Shown here: one piece after another, positions 25,998 through 34,608 of the stretch
Layout of the letters: the number at the start of each line of letters is the position of its first letter
How positions within the stretch are numbered: the first letter of the stretch is position 1
Assembly: GCA_963752285.1 (NCBI GenBank)
Contig: CAVVXN010000001.1
Span: 576,001-640,000, forward strand
DNA from: an uncultured Planctomycetota bacterium
GTDB lineage: Bacteria; Planctomycetota; PLA2; JAEUHO01
DNA length: 64,000 nucleotides
Direction of reading: 5' to 3'
Notes under the pieces: model-generated
The model's input: only the letters and a program-made list of their open reading frames with translations
Told to the model about the DNA's origin: nothing
Database searches by the model: none
Position numbers and translations under genes: made by a program

Positions 25998-26855
25998 ATG
26001 CCCTTCCCTCGTCGCCCGCTCGCCGTCCTGCTCTCGTGCCTCGGGCCCGGCCTCGGACAGGTCTACCTCGGCCGAACCGGCCGGGGCTTCGTCCTGTTGG
26101 TGCTGGGCCTCGCGGCCGTGCCGGTCGTCGCGGCCGCGGCCCTCGCCCCTCCCTCGGGGCTCGCGTTCGGTGCGGAGCTCCTGGCCGCCTTCGTCGCGGT
26201 CCTCTGCCTCGTCGTCGGCGCCGTGGACGCCGCGATCCCCCGGGCGGGCGACGGCCTGAGGCCGCCGCCGTCGTCCCGGCAGGTCGCGCTCGGGATCGCC
26301 GCGCTCGTCGTGCTGGAGCTCGCCGTCGGAGTCGGCGGCGCGCTCTTCACGCGCGCGCACCTGAGCGAGGCCTTCAAGATCGCGGGCGACAGCATGCAGC
26401 CGACCCTCGATCGCGGGGACCGCGTCCTCGTGACCAAGCAGACCACGTGGGACCGGCCCCTCCGACGCGGCGACGTCGTCGTCTACCACGCCGCCCCCGG
26501 CGGGCCCGCGTACGTGAAGCGTGTCGTCGCGCTCGGCGGCGACACCGTCGCGCTCCAGGGCGACGCCGTGATCGTGAACGGCCGGCCGATGGCGCCGCTC
26601 GGCGAGCCCGCGCCCGACGGCGCGCGCCGGGGCGTCGAGCGCTACCCGGACGGCGGGGAGGTCCCCGTCTCCGTCCCCCCGGCCGCGAAGGCGGGTCCCC
26701 CGGTCGAGGTGCCCTCGGGGTCCTGCTGGGTCCTCGGCGACCACCGCGAAGACGCAAAGGACAGTCGCCAGCACGGCCCCGTCCCGCTGGACCAGGTCGT
26801 CGGCGTCGTCCGCTACCGCTACTGGCCGCTCTCGCGCGTCGGGCTCGTGGACTGA
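25998..26855 (+). CDS. lepB: Signal peptidase I (S26) with an extended multi-TM N-terminus
   Basis: GDSMQPTL (catalytic Ser), RGDVVV, YVKRVVALGGD (catalytic Lys), LGDHREDAKDSR; N-terminal LS..PGLGQVYLG membrane motif; AGGAG RBS. Confidence 0.9.
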   Translation: MPFPRRPLAVLLSCLGPGLGQVYLGRTGRGFVLLVLGLAAVPVVAAAALAPPSGLAFGAELLAAFVAVLCLVVGAVDAAIPRAGDGLRPPPSSRQVALGIAALVVLELAVGVGGALFTRAHLSEAFKIAGDSMQPTLDRGDRVLVTKQTTWDRPLRRGDVVVYHAAPGGPAYVKRVVALGGDTVALQGDAVIVNGRPMAPLGEPAPDGARRGVERYPDGGEVPVSVPPAAKAGPPVEVPSGSCWVLGDHREDAKDSRQHGPVPLDQVVGVVRYRYWPLSRVGLVD

Positions 26856-26863
26856 CCGGCCGC

Positions 26864-27589
26864 TCAGCGAGCGAGGGCGTCCAGCAGGTCACGGATCTCG
26901 TCGTCCACCTCCTCGGGCGAGGCGACGGTCTCCGCGATCGCGCCTCGCAGCAGCGCGCGGTAGCGCGCGCGCATTCGGTAGAGTGCGACCTTCACGGCGG
27001 CCTCGCTCGTCCCGAGCCGGCGCGCCGTCTCCGCGTGGGGCGGCGGGTCGGCGCCCGCCACGAGCCAGGGCCGCAGCGCCTCGAAGGTCGGTCGGCGCTC
27101 CCCGCCGTAGAGGTCGCGAAGCGCCGCGAGCACACGGTCGAGGAGCGCGAGGGCGAAACGGCGGTCGAACGCGCGCTCCGGCGTGCGCTCGTCCGCGGGC
27201 TCCGCGAGGTAGCGACGCTCGCCCTCGGCGAGGTCCAGCGAGAGGACGCGGGCGCGTCCGCCCCGCTTCTCCGCCCGGGCCCTCTCCCGTTCCTTGGACG
27301 CGTGGTGCGTGAACGCCGTCAGCAGGAACGTGCGGAACCGGCCGCGCGCGGGATCGACCGCGCCGATCGAGCCGCGCTCGAGAAGGTCCCGGAAGAAGCC
27401 CTGTACGAGGTCCTCCGCCTCCTCGGGCGCCGCGCCCCGGCGCCGGGCGAACGCGTAGAGGGGATACCAGCACGCGCGGCAGAGCCGCTCGAGCGCCGCG
27501 CGGTCCGCGGGCGTCCGGTCGCGGCCCGCGGCAAGGACGACGCTCCAGCGCGTCGTCACGAAGCGGGACGGGCCGGTCGGTCCGGTCAT
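26864..27589 (-). CDS. ECF sigma factor of the kinase-associated type
   Basis: FVTTRWSVV N-terminus, YPLYAFARRRG, AEDLVQGFF, RGRFRTFLL, AEKRGG, AVKVALYRMRARY. Confidence 0.9.
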   Translation of the reverse strand: MTGPTGPSRFVTTRWSVVLAAGRDRTPADRAALERLCRACWYPLYAFARRRGAAPEEAEDLVQGFFRDLLERGSIGAVDPARGRFRTFLLTAFTHHASKERERARAEKRGGRARVLSLDLAEGERRYLAEPADERTPERAFDRRFALALLDRVLAALRDLYGGERRPTFEALRPWLVAGADPPPHAETARRLGTSEAAVKVALYRMRARYRALLRGAIAETVASPEEVDDEIRDLLDALAR

Positions 27590-27605
27590 CCAGGGACCCG
27601 TTCGC

Positions 27606-29564
27606 TCATCGGAAGAGCTCGCCGTCCTCGTCGCCGGGGCGGAGGGCCCCGCCGCGGTACTCGAGGTCGTCCGGGTGGAAGACCCATCGCTTCCCCTCTC
27701 GCTTCACGCGGACCGAGAGCACGCCTTCGGCGCTCGCGAGGACGACGCGTCCGGCGTCGCCCTCGTCCTCGAGCTGGACCGCTCGGACGGCGTAGTCGTC
27801 CGCGCTCTCCGCGATCGACTCCGGCTGCCCGAGCATCCTCACGCGCACCTTCACGGGCCCGGGCACGCGACCGGTGTCCATCCTGCGGGCGACCGCCAAG
27901 ATCTCCGGCCCCTGCTCCCGCCACGCGTCCTCGATCGCGTGGAGGATCGCGGCGCGGAACACGTAGCCGATCTCCTTCGGACCTCCGCGGACCCGCTCGC
28001 CCTCCACGCGGGCGGAGAACGCGCTCTGGGCCTCCTCGAGCCATCCGGAGCGGTCTTTGTCGCGGAGGCTCCGCGGGGCCACCTCGACGCGGCCGAGCGC
28101 CGGGTACCAGGCGTTCCCCTCGTGGAGCACCGGGAAGGACACCGTCCGGGTCGCGGACGTCATGACGACGCGGGCGCGGCCGGGCTCCTCCGACACGAAC
28201 ACCCACGCGAGCCGAAGCTCCCAGGGCGACCCTCCCAGACGGGCGAACGCGAGGCCGAGCTCGTTTCGTTCGAACTTCTCGTTCCGTTCCTCCGGGGTCA
28301 TCCGGGCGTAGTGCCGGCTCTCGGCCGGGGAAAGGAGCGAGGACCGCCGGTCCCAGCTCGGGTCGCGCGAGATCGCCGTCATCCAGAAGCCCCACCAACG
28401 CCGGATCTCGTTCGCCAGGCTCGCGCGCCGCCACGGCCCCAGATCCTCGACGGCGCCGGTGACCGGGGTCCCTTCCCGCTCCGCCACGCGCTCGAAGTGG
28501 ACGAGGAACGCGATCCCGGCGGCGAGGGCGAGCCCGCCCGCGACGAGGAGAACGCGGCGGAGGCGGCGGCCGAGGCGGCCCCGCTTCCTCGACGGAGCGG
28601 TCGCCACGGGCTCGACCCCCTCGGGCTCGGCGTCGGGCGCGGGCGTGTTCGTGATGGCGTCCACCTCGCTCTTGACCTCGGAGGCGTGTTGCCAGCGGCG
28701 GTCGCGTTCGCGCTCCAGCGCGCGCAAGACGACGCGGTCGAGCCGCGCGTCCACGCCCGGCTCCGCGGACGGCGGCGGGAAGGTTCCGAGCGGGAGCTCG
28801 CCGGTCAGCATCTCGTAGAAGACGACGCCGAGGCTGTAGACGTCGGCCCGGTGGTCCACCTCGGCCGGCGTCTTGAGCTGCTCCGGCGCCATGTAGTGGA
28901 GCGTGCCCATCACCTGGCCGGCGTGCGTCAGCGTGACGTCCACCGGCTGCCGCTCGAGGATCTTGGCCAGCCCGAAGTCGGCGATCTTCACGTGACCCGC
29001 GCGGTCGAGGAGGACGTTCTCCGGCTTGACGTCGCGGTGGACGACGCCCCGGTCGTGCGCGGTCTGGAGCGCGTCGCAGATCTGCGGCACGATCGCGAGC
29101 GCCTCCGCGGGCGCGAGGTGCCCTCCGCGGAGCGCCTGGCGCAGGTTCGGTCCGTCCACGTACTCCATGAGGAGGTAGTAGAGGCCGTCCCTCTCGCCGA
29201 AGTCGTACACCTGGACGACGTTCGGATGTTGGAGTCGCGCGAGCGTCCTCGCCTCCCGCTCGAAGCGCTCCGCGAACCCGGGCTCGAGCGCGACCTCCGG
29301 CGGGAGCACCTTCAAGGCGACGACCCGGTCGAGCTTCTTCTGCCGCGCCTTGTAGACGACCCCCATCCCGCCCTGCCCGAGCACCTCCAGGACGTCCAGA
29401 TCGGGGAAGGCCGGGGCGATCTCCTCGGGCGCCGGCGGCGCGCTGCGGTCGGGCGGGGTCCCGCTCGAGAGACCCGCGGCGAGGAGACAGCGCGGGCAGG
29501 CCTCCCACGGCGCGTCCTCGGGGAGGGACGTGCCGCATCGGGGGCAGGTGGCGGTCTCGTTCAT
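27606..29564 (-). CDS. Membrane-anchored Hanks-type Ser/Thr protein kinase
   Basis: N-terminal CPRC..CPRC zinc ribbon; LGQGGMGVVY, VALK, HRDVKPEN, DFGLA, GTLHYMAPEQ, DVYSLG; TM helix followed by an extracytoplasmic domain. Confidence 0.95.
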   Translation of the reverse strand: MNETATCPRCGTSLPEDAPWEACPRCLLAAGLSSGTPPDRSAPPAPEEIAPAFPDLDVLEVLGQGGMGVVYKARQKKLDRVVALKVLPPEVALEPGFAERFEREARTLARLQHPNVVQVYDFGERDGLYYLLMEYVDGPNLRQALRGGHLAPAEALAIVPQICDALQTAHDRGVVHRDVKPENVLLDRAGHVKIADFGLAKILERQPVDVTLTHAGQVMGTLHYMAPEQLKTPAEVDHRADVYSLGVVFYEMLTGELPLGTFPPPSAEPGVDARLDRVVLRALERERDRRWQHASEVKSEVDAITNTPAPDAEPEGVEPVATAPSRKRGRLGRRLRRVLLVAGGLALAAGIAFLVHFERVAEREGTPVTGAVEDLGPWRRASLANEIRRWWGFWMTAISRDPSWDRRSSLLSPAESRHYARMTPEERNEKFERNELGLAFARLGGSPWELRLAWVFVSEEPGRARVVMTSATRTVSFPVLHEGNAWYPALGRVEVAPRSLRDKDRSGWLEEAQSAFSARVEGERVRGGPKEIGYVFRAAILHAIEDAWREQGPEILAVARRMDTGRVPGPVKVRVRMLGQPESIAESADDYAVRAVQLEDEGDAGRVVLASAEGVLSVRVKREGKRWVFHPDDLEYRGGALRPGDEDGELFR

Positions 29565-29594
29565 CGGGACGGACTCCGGGAGGCCTCCCTCCTG

Positions 29595-29619
29595 AGACGG
29601 AGAACGGCGCCGAGGTTAC
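29595..29619 (-). promoter_or_regulatory. Putative ECF-type promoter of the kinase-sigma operon (GTAAC-N15-CGTCT)
   Basis: Minus strand GTAACCTCGGCGCCGTTCTCCGTCT, about 30 nt upstream of the kinase ATG. Confidence 0.45.
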
Positions 29620-29631
29620 GGCCCGGATGGA

Positions 29632-31458
29632 TCACGTGGGTCGGATGTCTCCCGCGCGGTACAGCACCTGCCAGTCGTCCACCTCGTCGAGGAGGGCGCT
29701 CGCGACCTCGCGGGCCGTGCGCGCGAGGGTCTCGCTCTCGGGGACGCGCGGTCCGCGCGTCGCCTCCGGGAGGCGCCGGAGCTCCTCCAGGCGCACGGCC
29801 ATCGAGGCGGAACGCTTCGAGATGCGTTCGAGCTCGGCCTGCCCGTCGATGCCGTGCAGCGCGGCGGCGGCAGCGGGGAGGCCCGCCGCGAACCACGTGA
29901 GCCACGCGCCGACAGCGGGGTCGTGGTCGATCAGGTGGATCGCGCAGGCCACGAGCGCGCCGAGGGCGCAGAGGAACGCGAGGCGTTCAAAGCGGTGATG
30001 CACGTGCCCGAGGCGCCTCGCGTTGTCGCGGTGGTAGGCCGCCTGCCCCGCGACCCAGTGGGAGAGCAGGCCGCGGCACGCGTCGAGGTAGGGGGCGTCG
30101 AAGCGCGCGTCGAGGAGGCCTGCGGCGCGCCGCGCGGCGCGGGCCTCGGTCTGGATCCAGCTCGCGCCGAGGTCGCGTTCCTCCGTCGCGTAGGGCCGCG
30201 GCCTCAGCGCCGGAACGCTCGTTCCCAGCATCGCGAGGGAACCCGTCGCGCGGAGCGTCTCCGCGAGCGTGCGGTAGTCCACCGACTTCTCGTGCCACCG
30301 GCCGCGGCGCCCGAGGCGCCAGACCGCGAGGATCGTCCCGATCGTCAGGAGCTCGAGGACGGTGAAGAGCGCGCCCAGGCCCGCGCCCTCCGCGGGCGCG
30401 CCCTCGATGAGGCGTCGCACCTGGACGAGCCCGGTCGAGAGCGCGAGGAAGACCGCGAGGGCGCCCAGCACGTAGTTCGCGACGAACGACGAACGATAGA
30501 GCGCGGCGTAGTGACGGGCGAGGCGTGCGGCGGACGCCTGCCGTCCTCCGTAGTGCGTGCGAAGCGCCGAGGGCCGCCCGCGGCTCGTGCTGCCCTCCCG
30601 GTCGGGGGGCGAAGGGGGCGCCTTGGTCTCGGCGGTGGCCGGGCGGCGGGCCGAGACGCGGAGCGCGAGGGGCCAGAGCGACGCCCACGCGCGCCCGACC
30701 CGCCCGCGCCAGCCCGCGACCCGGGACGGCTCGGCCCGCCACGCCGCGCGGCGCGCCGCGGCGTCGCGAAAGGCCTCGTCCGGCGCGTCGGCCGAGGCCG
30801 GTCCGTCGGCCTCGACGAGCCGGAGGACGCGCGCCTCGAGGTTTTCGAGAACGGGCTCGCCGTCGCTCGCGTCGCGGCCCGTGAGCCAGCGCGCGGCCTC
30901 CGGGCGGTCCGGCGGGATCACGATCGTGGGGATCCCCAGGGAGAGGGCCTCCTCGACGACCTGACCGGTCCCGCCCCGCCCGCGCGGGTCCTCGCCGTCC
31001 CACACGGCCAAGACGACGTCCGCGTGGTCGAGCACGACGCGGCCGACGCGCTCGTACGCGCGACCCGCGCCGCCGCCCTCGCCCGGGGGCGACCGTCGCC
31101 CGTCGAGCTCGAGGACCGCGGTCGCGAGGCCGCGCAGACGGTCGAAGCGCGCGAGGGCGTCCGAGCCCGGCGCGAAGTCCAGGCGGTACGCATCGACGGC
31201 GAACGGGAACGGGCACTGGAGCTCGTATCCGTTGGCGAGCGCCGCCTCGGCCAGCACCTGGTCGGTGCCCTCGGCCAGTGGCGAGAGGAGGGTCAGCACC
31301 ACCTCGCGGGGGCCCGCCGCGCCGCGCACCGTCTCGGCGACGCGGCCGAGGATCCCGCCGGCGACCGCGCCGAGCGCCTCGGCCTCTCCCGGCTCGAACG
31401 CGCGGTGTCCGGTCACGCCGACCCTCAGCGCCACCGGAAGCGGCCCGCCGTTCACCAC
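29632..31458 (-). CDS. SLOG (YpsA-like) nucleotide-binding domain fused to two SLATT/DUF4231-like transmembrane domains
   Basis: VGVTGHR, LSPLAEGTDQ, LAVWDG..GRGGTGQVV; two TM hairpins with WHEKSVDYRTLAETLR and GQAAYH...EVDDW; GTG 6 nt after GGGAGG. Confidence 0.75.
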   Translation of the reverse strand: MVNGGPLPVALRVGVTGHRAFEPGEAEALGAVAGGILGRVAETVRGAAGPREVVLTLLSPLAEGTDQVLAEAALANGYELQCPFPFAVDAYRLDFAPGSDALARFDRLRGLATAVLELDGRRSPPGEGGGAGRAYERVGRVVLDHADVVLAVWDGEDPRGRGGTGQVVEEALSLGIPTIVIPPDRPEAARWLTGRDASDGEPVLENLEARVLRLVEADGPASADAPDEAFRDAAARRAAWRAEPSRVAGWRGRVGRAWASLWPLALRVSARRPATAETKAPPSPPDREGSTSRGRPSALRTHYGGRQASAARLARHYAALYRSSFVANYVLGALAVFLALSTGLVQVRRLIEGAPAEGAGLGALFTVLELLTIGTILAVWRLGRRGRWHEKSVDYRTLAETLRATGSLAMLGTSVPALRPRPYATEERDLGASWIQTEARAARRAAGLLDARFDAPYLDACRGLLSHWVAGQAAYHRDNARRLGHVHHRFERLAFLCALGALVACAIHLIDHDPAVGAWLTWFAAGLPAAAAALHGIDGQAELERISKRSASMAVRLEELRRLPEATRGPRVPESETLARTAREVASALLDEVDDWQVLYRAGDIRPT

Positions 31459-31564
31459 CAGCACCCTCCCGACCGATCGGGGTCGCGGCATTCTCGACCG
31501 ACGTCCTCGCGAAGTCGAATGCCGACTGGGGACGCGCGCCGGCGGGCGTCCCGCCGACCGCGGC

Positions 31565-32212
31565 TCACCCGCGGAGCAGCTTGAACGCGTGGCCCCACTC
31601 GCCGCGGAGGAAGCCGGGTATGCACCACAGGATCGCGAGCGGCTCGATCGCACGCGCCGCGGTCGCGCCGCCCATGTCCACCCACTCCCAGCCGAATCGC
31701 TCGAGGACGCCCGCCACCCGTTCCTTCGCGGCCGTGTCGTCGCCGCAGACGAACATCGTCGGCTTCGTGCCCCCGAAGTCGGGATCGACCATGCGGTCCT
31801 GTCCCACGCAGGAGAATGACTTCACGAAGTGGGCGCCGGGCGCCAGCGCGGCGAGGCGCTCCATCAGGGACTCGTTCGGCCCCGTGAAGAACGACAAGAC
31901 CCCGTCTTCGGGAGGCGTCTCGGCGATCGGGTTCGTCACGTCGATGACGGTGCGTCCCGCGAGGGCGGCGGGCCCGATGCCGCGCACCGCGTCCTCCGCT
32001 GCGCTCCCCTTGACGGCGAGCACGACGAGGTCGCCGAAGCGCGCGGTCTCCGCCGGCGAGCCGGTTCGCGCCTTCGGGCCCGCCGACGCGAGCCACGACG
32101 CGAGCTTTTCGGGATCGCGAGAGCCCCGCATGACCTCGTCCCCGTGCCCGAGGAACCCGTTCGCGAGCGTCTCGCCGACGCCGCCCGACCCGATCACGCC
32201 GACCTTCGCCAT
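31565..32212 (-). CDS. NAD(P)-binding oxidoreductase, F420-dependent NADP reductase-like family
   Basis: VGVIGSGGVG Rossmann motif, GSRDP, IDVTNP, VKSF, CGDD..AK, DMGG..AARAIEPL; GAGGAGG RBS. Confidence 0.88.
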   Translation of the reverse strand: MAKVGVIGSGGVGETLANGFLGHGDEVMRGSRDPEKLASWLASAGPKARTGSPAETARFGDLVVLAVKGSAAEDAVRGIGPAALAGRTVIDVTNPIAETPPEDGVLSFFTGPNESLMERLAALAPGAHFVKSFSCVGQDRMVDPDFGGTKPTMFVCGDDTAAKERVAGVLERFGWEWVDMGGATAARAIEPLAILWCIPGFLRGEWGHAFKLLRG

Positions 32213-32325
32213 CGTTATCCCTCCTCGAAGCGCCGTCACCGTTGCCGCCGCCTCGACCGGAAGATGCCCGACGCCCCAGGGTCCGCACCGTGCGTTCCCG
32301 ACCCGCGTCCGACCGCCGGCCTCCT

Positions 32326-33294
32326 TCAGGGCCGAAGCTCGGCGAGGAGCTGGCGCCAGGCCGCGGCCTCGCGCGCCGGGTCCACCAGCGGGCGGAGGCG
32401 CCGCGTGGCGTCGCAGAGCCGTGCGAGGAACGTCGCGTCGGTCTCCGCGCGATCGAGGAGGCGGGCCAGGGCGTCGGTGTCCCCCGGCGGGAAGAGGCCG
32501 GGGTGGTCGGGGCCGAGGAGACCGGTCGAACCCGGGATGTCGGACGCGAGGATCGGCTTCCCGCACGCGATCGCCTCGCAGATCGCGTTCGACCCGCCCT
32601 CGACCCGAGAGGTCGAGACGAGCAGCCTCGATCCCGCGAGGACACGAATCGCCTCGCGCCGCGAGAGCTCGCCGAGCCACGTGTAGCGGGGGTTCTCGGC
32701 CTCCTCCTGCCGCGCGCGCGCCGCCATGCCGGCGTCGAGCGCCGCGCCGGCGTGCAGCACGTGGACGCGCGAGGAGCGCGGGAGCCGACGCGCGGCCTCG
32801 GCGGCACGGAACGGGTCCTTGACCTCCCGCGCGTGCGCCGACACGAACACGTCGAATCGTTCTTCCGGGAGCCTGGCGCGCGGGGGCGACCCGTTCCCGG
32901 CCGCGCACGTCGCGCCCTGCACGATGACCCGCGCCTTCGCGCGCACGTCGCTCGGCAACGCGGCGACGCCCGCGGGCTGGAGCACGACCAGGCGCGTCGC
33001 CTCGGCGAGCGACCGGCGCGCGGCGTCGGACGTCTCGAGGTCGCGGTACAGGTCCGTGCCCGTGAGGCCCACGACGACGGGACCCTCCGGAGACGCCGCG
33101 CGGAATCGTGCGACCGAAGGCGCGCTCTTGCGCGCGTGCAACGCGATGAGCAGGTCGCAAGCCTCGCCGTCCCACGCGTCCCGGACGGCCACGCGCCAGC
33201 CTTCGCGGCGCAGGATCGCGGCCCAGCGGAGCGCCGTCACGCGATTCCCCTGGCGGGAACCGCGCCCCGCGGGCGTGACGACGATCGCCCTCAC
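32326..33294 (-). CDS. senB: Selenoneine biosynthesis selenosugar synthase SenB (GT4-like)
   Basis: IVVTP..SRQGNRVTALRWA, LIALHARKS, LTGTDLY, VVLQ, HAREVKDP, SRVEGGSNAICEA; start overlaps the senA stop. Confidence 0.88.
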   Translation of the reverse strand: MRAIVVTPAGRGSRQGNRVTALRWAAILRREGWRVAVRDAWDGEACDLLIALHARKSAPSVARFRAASPEGPVVVGLTGTDLYRDLETSDAARRSLAEATRLVVLQPAGVAALPSDVRAKARVIVQGATCAAGNGSPPRARLPEERFDVFVSAHAREVKDPFRAAEAARRLPRSSRVHVLHAGAALDAGMAARARQEEAENPRYTWLGELSRREAIRVLAGSRLLVSTSRVEGGSNAICEAIACGKPILASDIPGSTGLLGPDHPGLFPPGDTDALARLLDRAETDATFLARLCDATRRLRPLVDPAREAAAWRQLLAELRP

Positions 33295-34571
33295 GCCTCG
33301 ACCGCGCACGTCCGGAGGCCGGCCAGCACGTCGCGCCGCTCCGGACGGTAGAAGTTCCGCCACGTGTTGCGAAGCAGCCGGCCGCGCGAAGCGAAGCACC
33401 CGCCGCGAAGGACCCGGTGGTCGTGGAACCACGGCTGTGAGTACTCCCGGTACGGGTCCACGACGAACCCGGGGTAGGGCGCGAAGCGGCTCGACGTCCA
33501 CTCCCAGACGTTCCCGATCATCTGGCGACACCCGAACGCGCTGTCGCCGTCGGGGAGCGCGCCGACGTCCAGGCACCCGGCGCACGCGCCGTCGAGGTTC
33601 GCGCGCGCGCGCGTCGGCGCCTCGTCGCCCCACGGGAAACGGCGCTTCTCGGTCGAGAGGCGCCCGTGCGCGTCGGGCACGCCCGCCGCCGCGACCTCCC
33701 ACTCGGTCTCGGTGGGGAGGCGGCGCCCCGCCCAGCGGCAGAACGCCTCCGCCTCGTACCACGAGACGTGCAGCACGGGTCGGTGCGGCTCGAGCGGGAT
33801 CCACCCGTCGAACGCCCGTCGCTCGTAGCCTTGGGCCGCGCGGCGCCACGCCACCGGCATCTCGGCGCCGAGGGCGCGGCGCCAGGCCGCGCCCTCGGCG
33901 CTCCAGAGCTCGTCGCGGGCGTATCCGCCGTCGTCCACGAAGGCCGCCCACTCCGCCTGGGTCACGGGCGCCTTCGCGATCCGAAACGGCCGCACCTCGA
34001 CCTCGTGCGCCCACTTCTCGTTGTCGAACACGAAGTCCGTGGACCGCGCGGCGCCCAGCCGGAACCGTCCTCCCGGGACCTCGGCGTCCCCCGGATGCGG
34101 CCCCCCGCCCGACGGGGCGGCCGCGGCCGGCGGCGGCGCGGGGTAGGAGAGCGTCTGGCGCGTGTACGTGAACGCCTCGTCGTGCATGTCCTCGTGGAAC
34201 ACCGCGAGGCGCACGTAGTAGTCGTCCTCGTCCTCGCGCGGGCCCTCGAGCCGGTCGAGCACCGCGCCCTGGACGGCCGCGAGGTACGCGAGGGTCTCGC
34301 GACGCGAGGGGAGGGGGAGGTCCCACCGGACGTCGTGCGCCACCCGGGCGGAGTCGTAGAGCCGGTCCGCATCCGGGAGGATCGACGGCGCGCCCCCGCG
34401 GCGGAGGACCCATCGCTCCTGGAACCACGCGAGGTGGCCGAGCTCCCAGCGGAGCGGGTTCACGATCGCGAGGCGCGGTCCGAGGAGCTGGTCGTCGGAA
34501 AGGTCCTGGACGAGCGCGAGGCTGTGCGCCCGCGCGTCCTCGACCCAGCCCCGGAGCCCCTCGTCCTTCAT
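33291..34571 (-). CDS. senA: Selenoneine synthase SenA (EgtB-like DinB + FGE-sulfatase domains)
   Basis: VNPLRWELGHLAWFQE, LYDSARVAHDVRW, FHEDMHDEAF (HxxxH), FVFDNEKWAH, GNVWEWT, PYREYSQPWF; adjacent to senB. Confidence 0.88.
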   Translation of the reverse strand: MKDEGLRGWVEDARAHSLALVQDLSDDQLLGPRLAIVNPLRWELGHLAWFQERWVLRRGGAPSILPDADRLYDSARVAHDVRWDLPLPSRRETLAYLAAVQGAVLDRLEGPREDEDDYYVRLAVFHEDMHDEAFTYTRQTLSYPAPPPAAAAPSGGGPHPGDAEVPGGRFRLGAARSTDFVFDNEKWAHEVEVRPFRIAKAPVTQAEWAAFVDDGGYARDELWSAEGAAWRRALGAEMPVAWRRAAQGYERRAFDGWIPLEPHRPVLHVSWYEAEAFCRWAGRRLPTETEWEVAAAGVPDAHGRLSTEKRRFPWGDEAPTRARANLDGACAGCLDVGALPDGDSAFGCRQMIGNVWEWTSSRFAPYPGFVVDPYREYSQPWFHDHRVLRGGCFASRGRLLRNTWRNFYRPERRDVLAGLRTCAVEA

Positions 34572-34608
34572 CGCCGGATGGTAGCGCGTCGCGCCCGGCC
34601 CCGTCGGG

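Noticed and set aside
32326..34571. Selenocysteine UGA read-through near the sen genes
   Set aside because: The TGA stops coincide with normal family C-termini and overlap downstream starts; no truncated selenoprotein motif seen.
33291..34571. Ergothioneine EgtB call
   Set aside because: Coupling to a SenB-type glycosyltransferase and the NPLRWELGH / YDS..V.H..RW motifs favour SenA.
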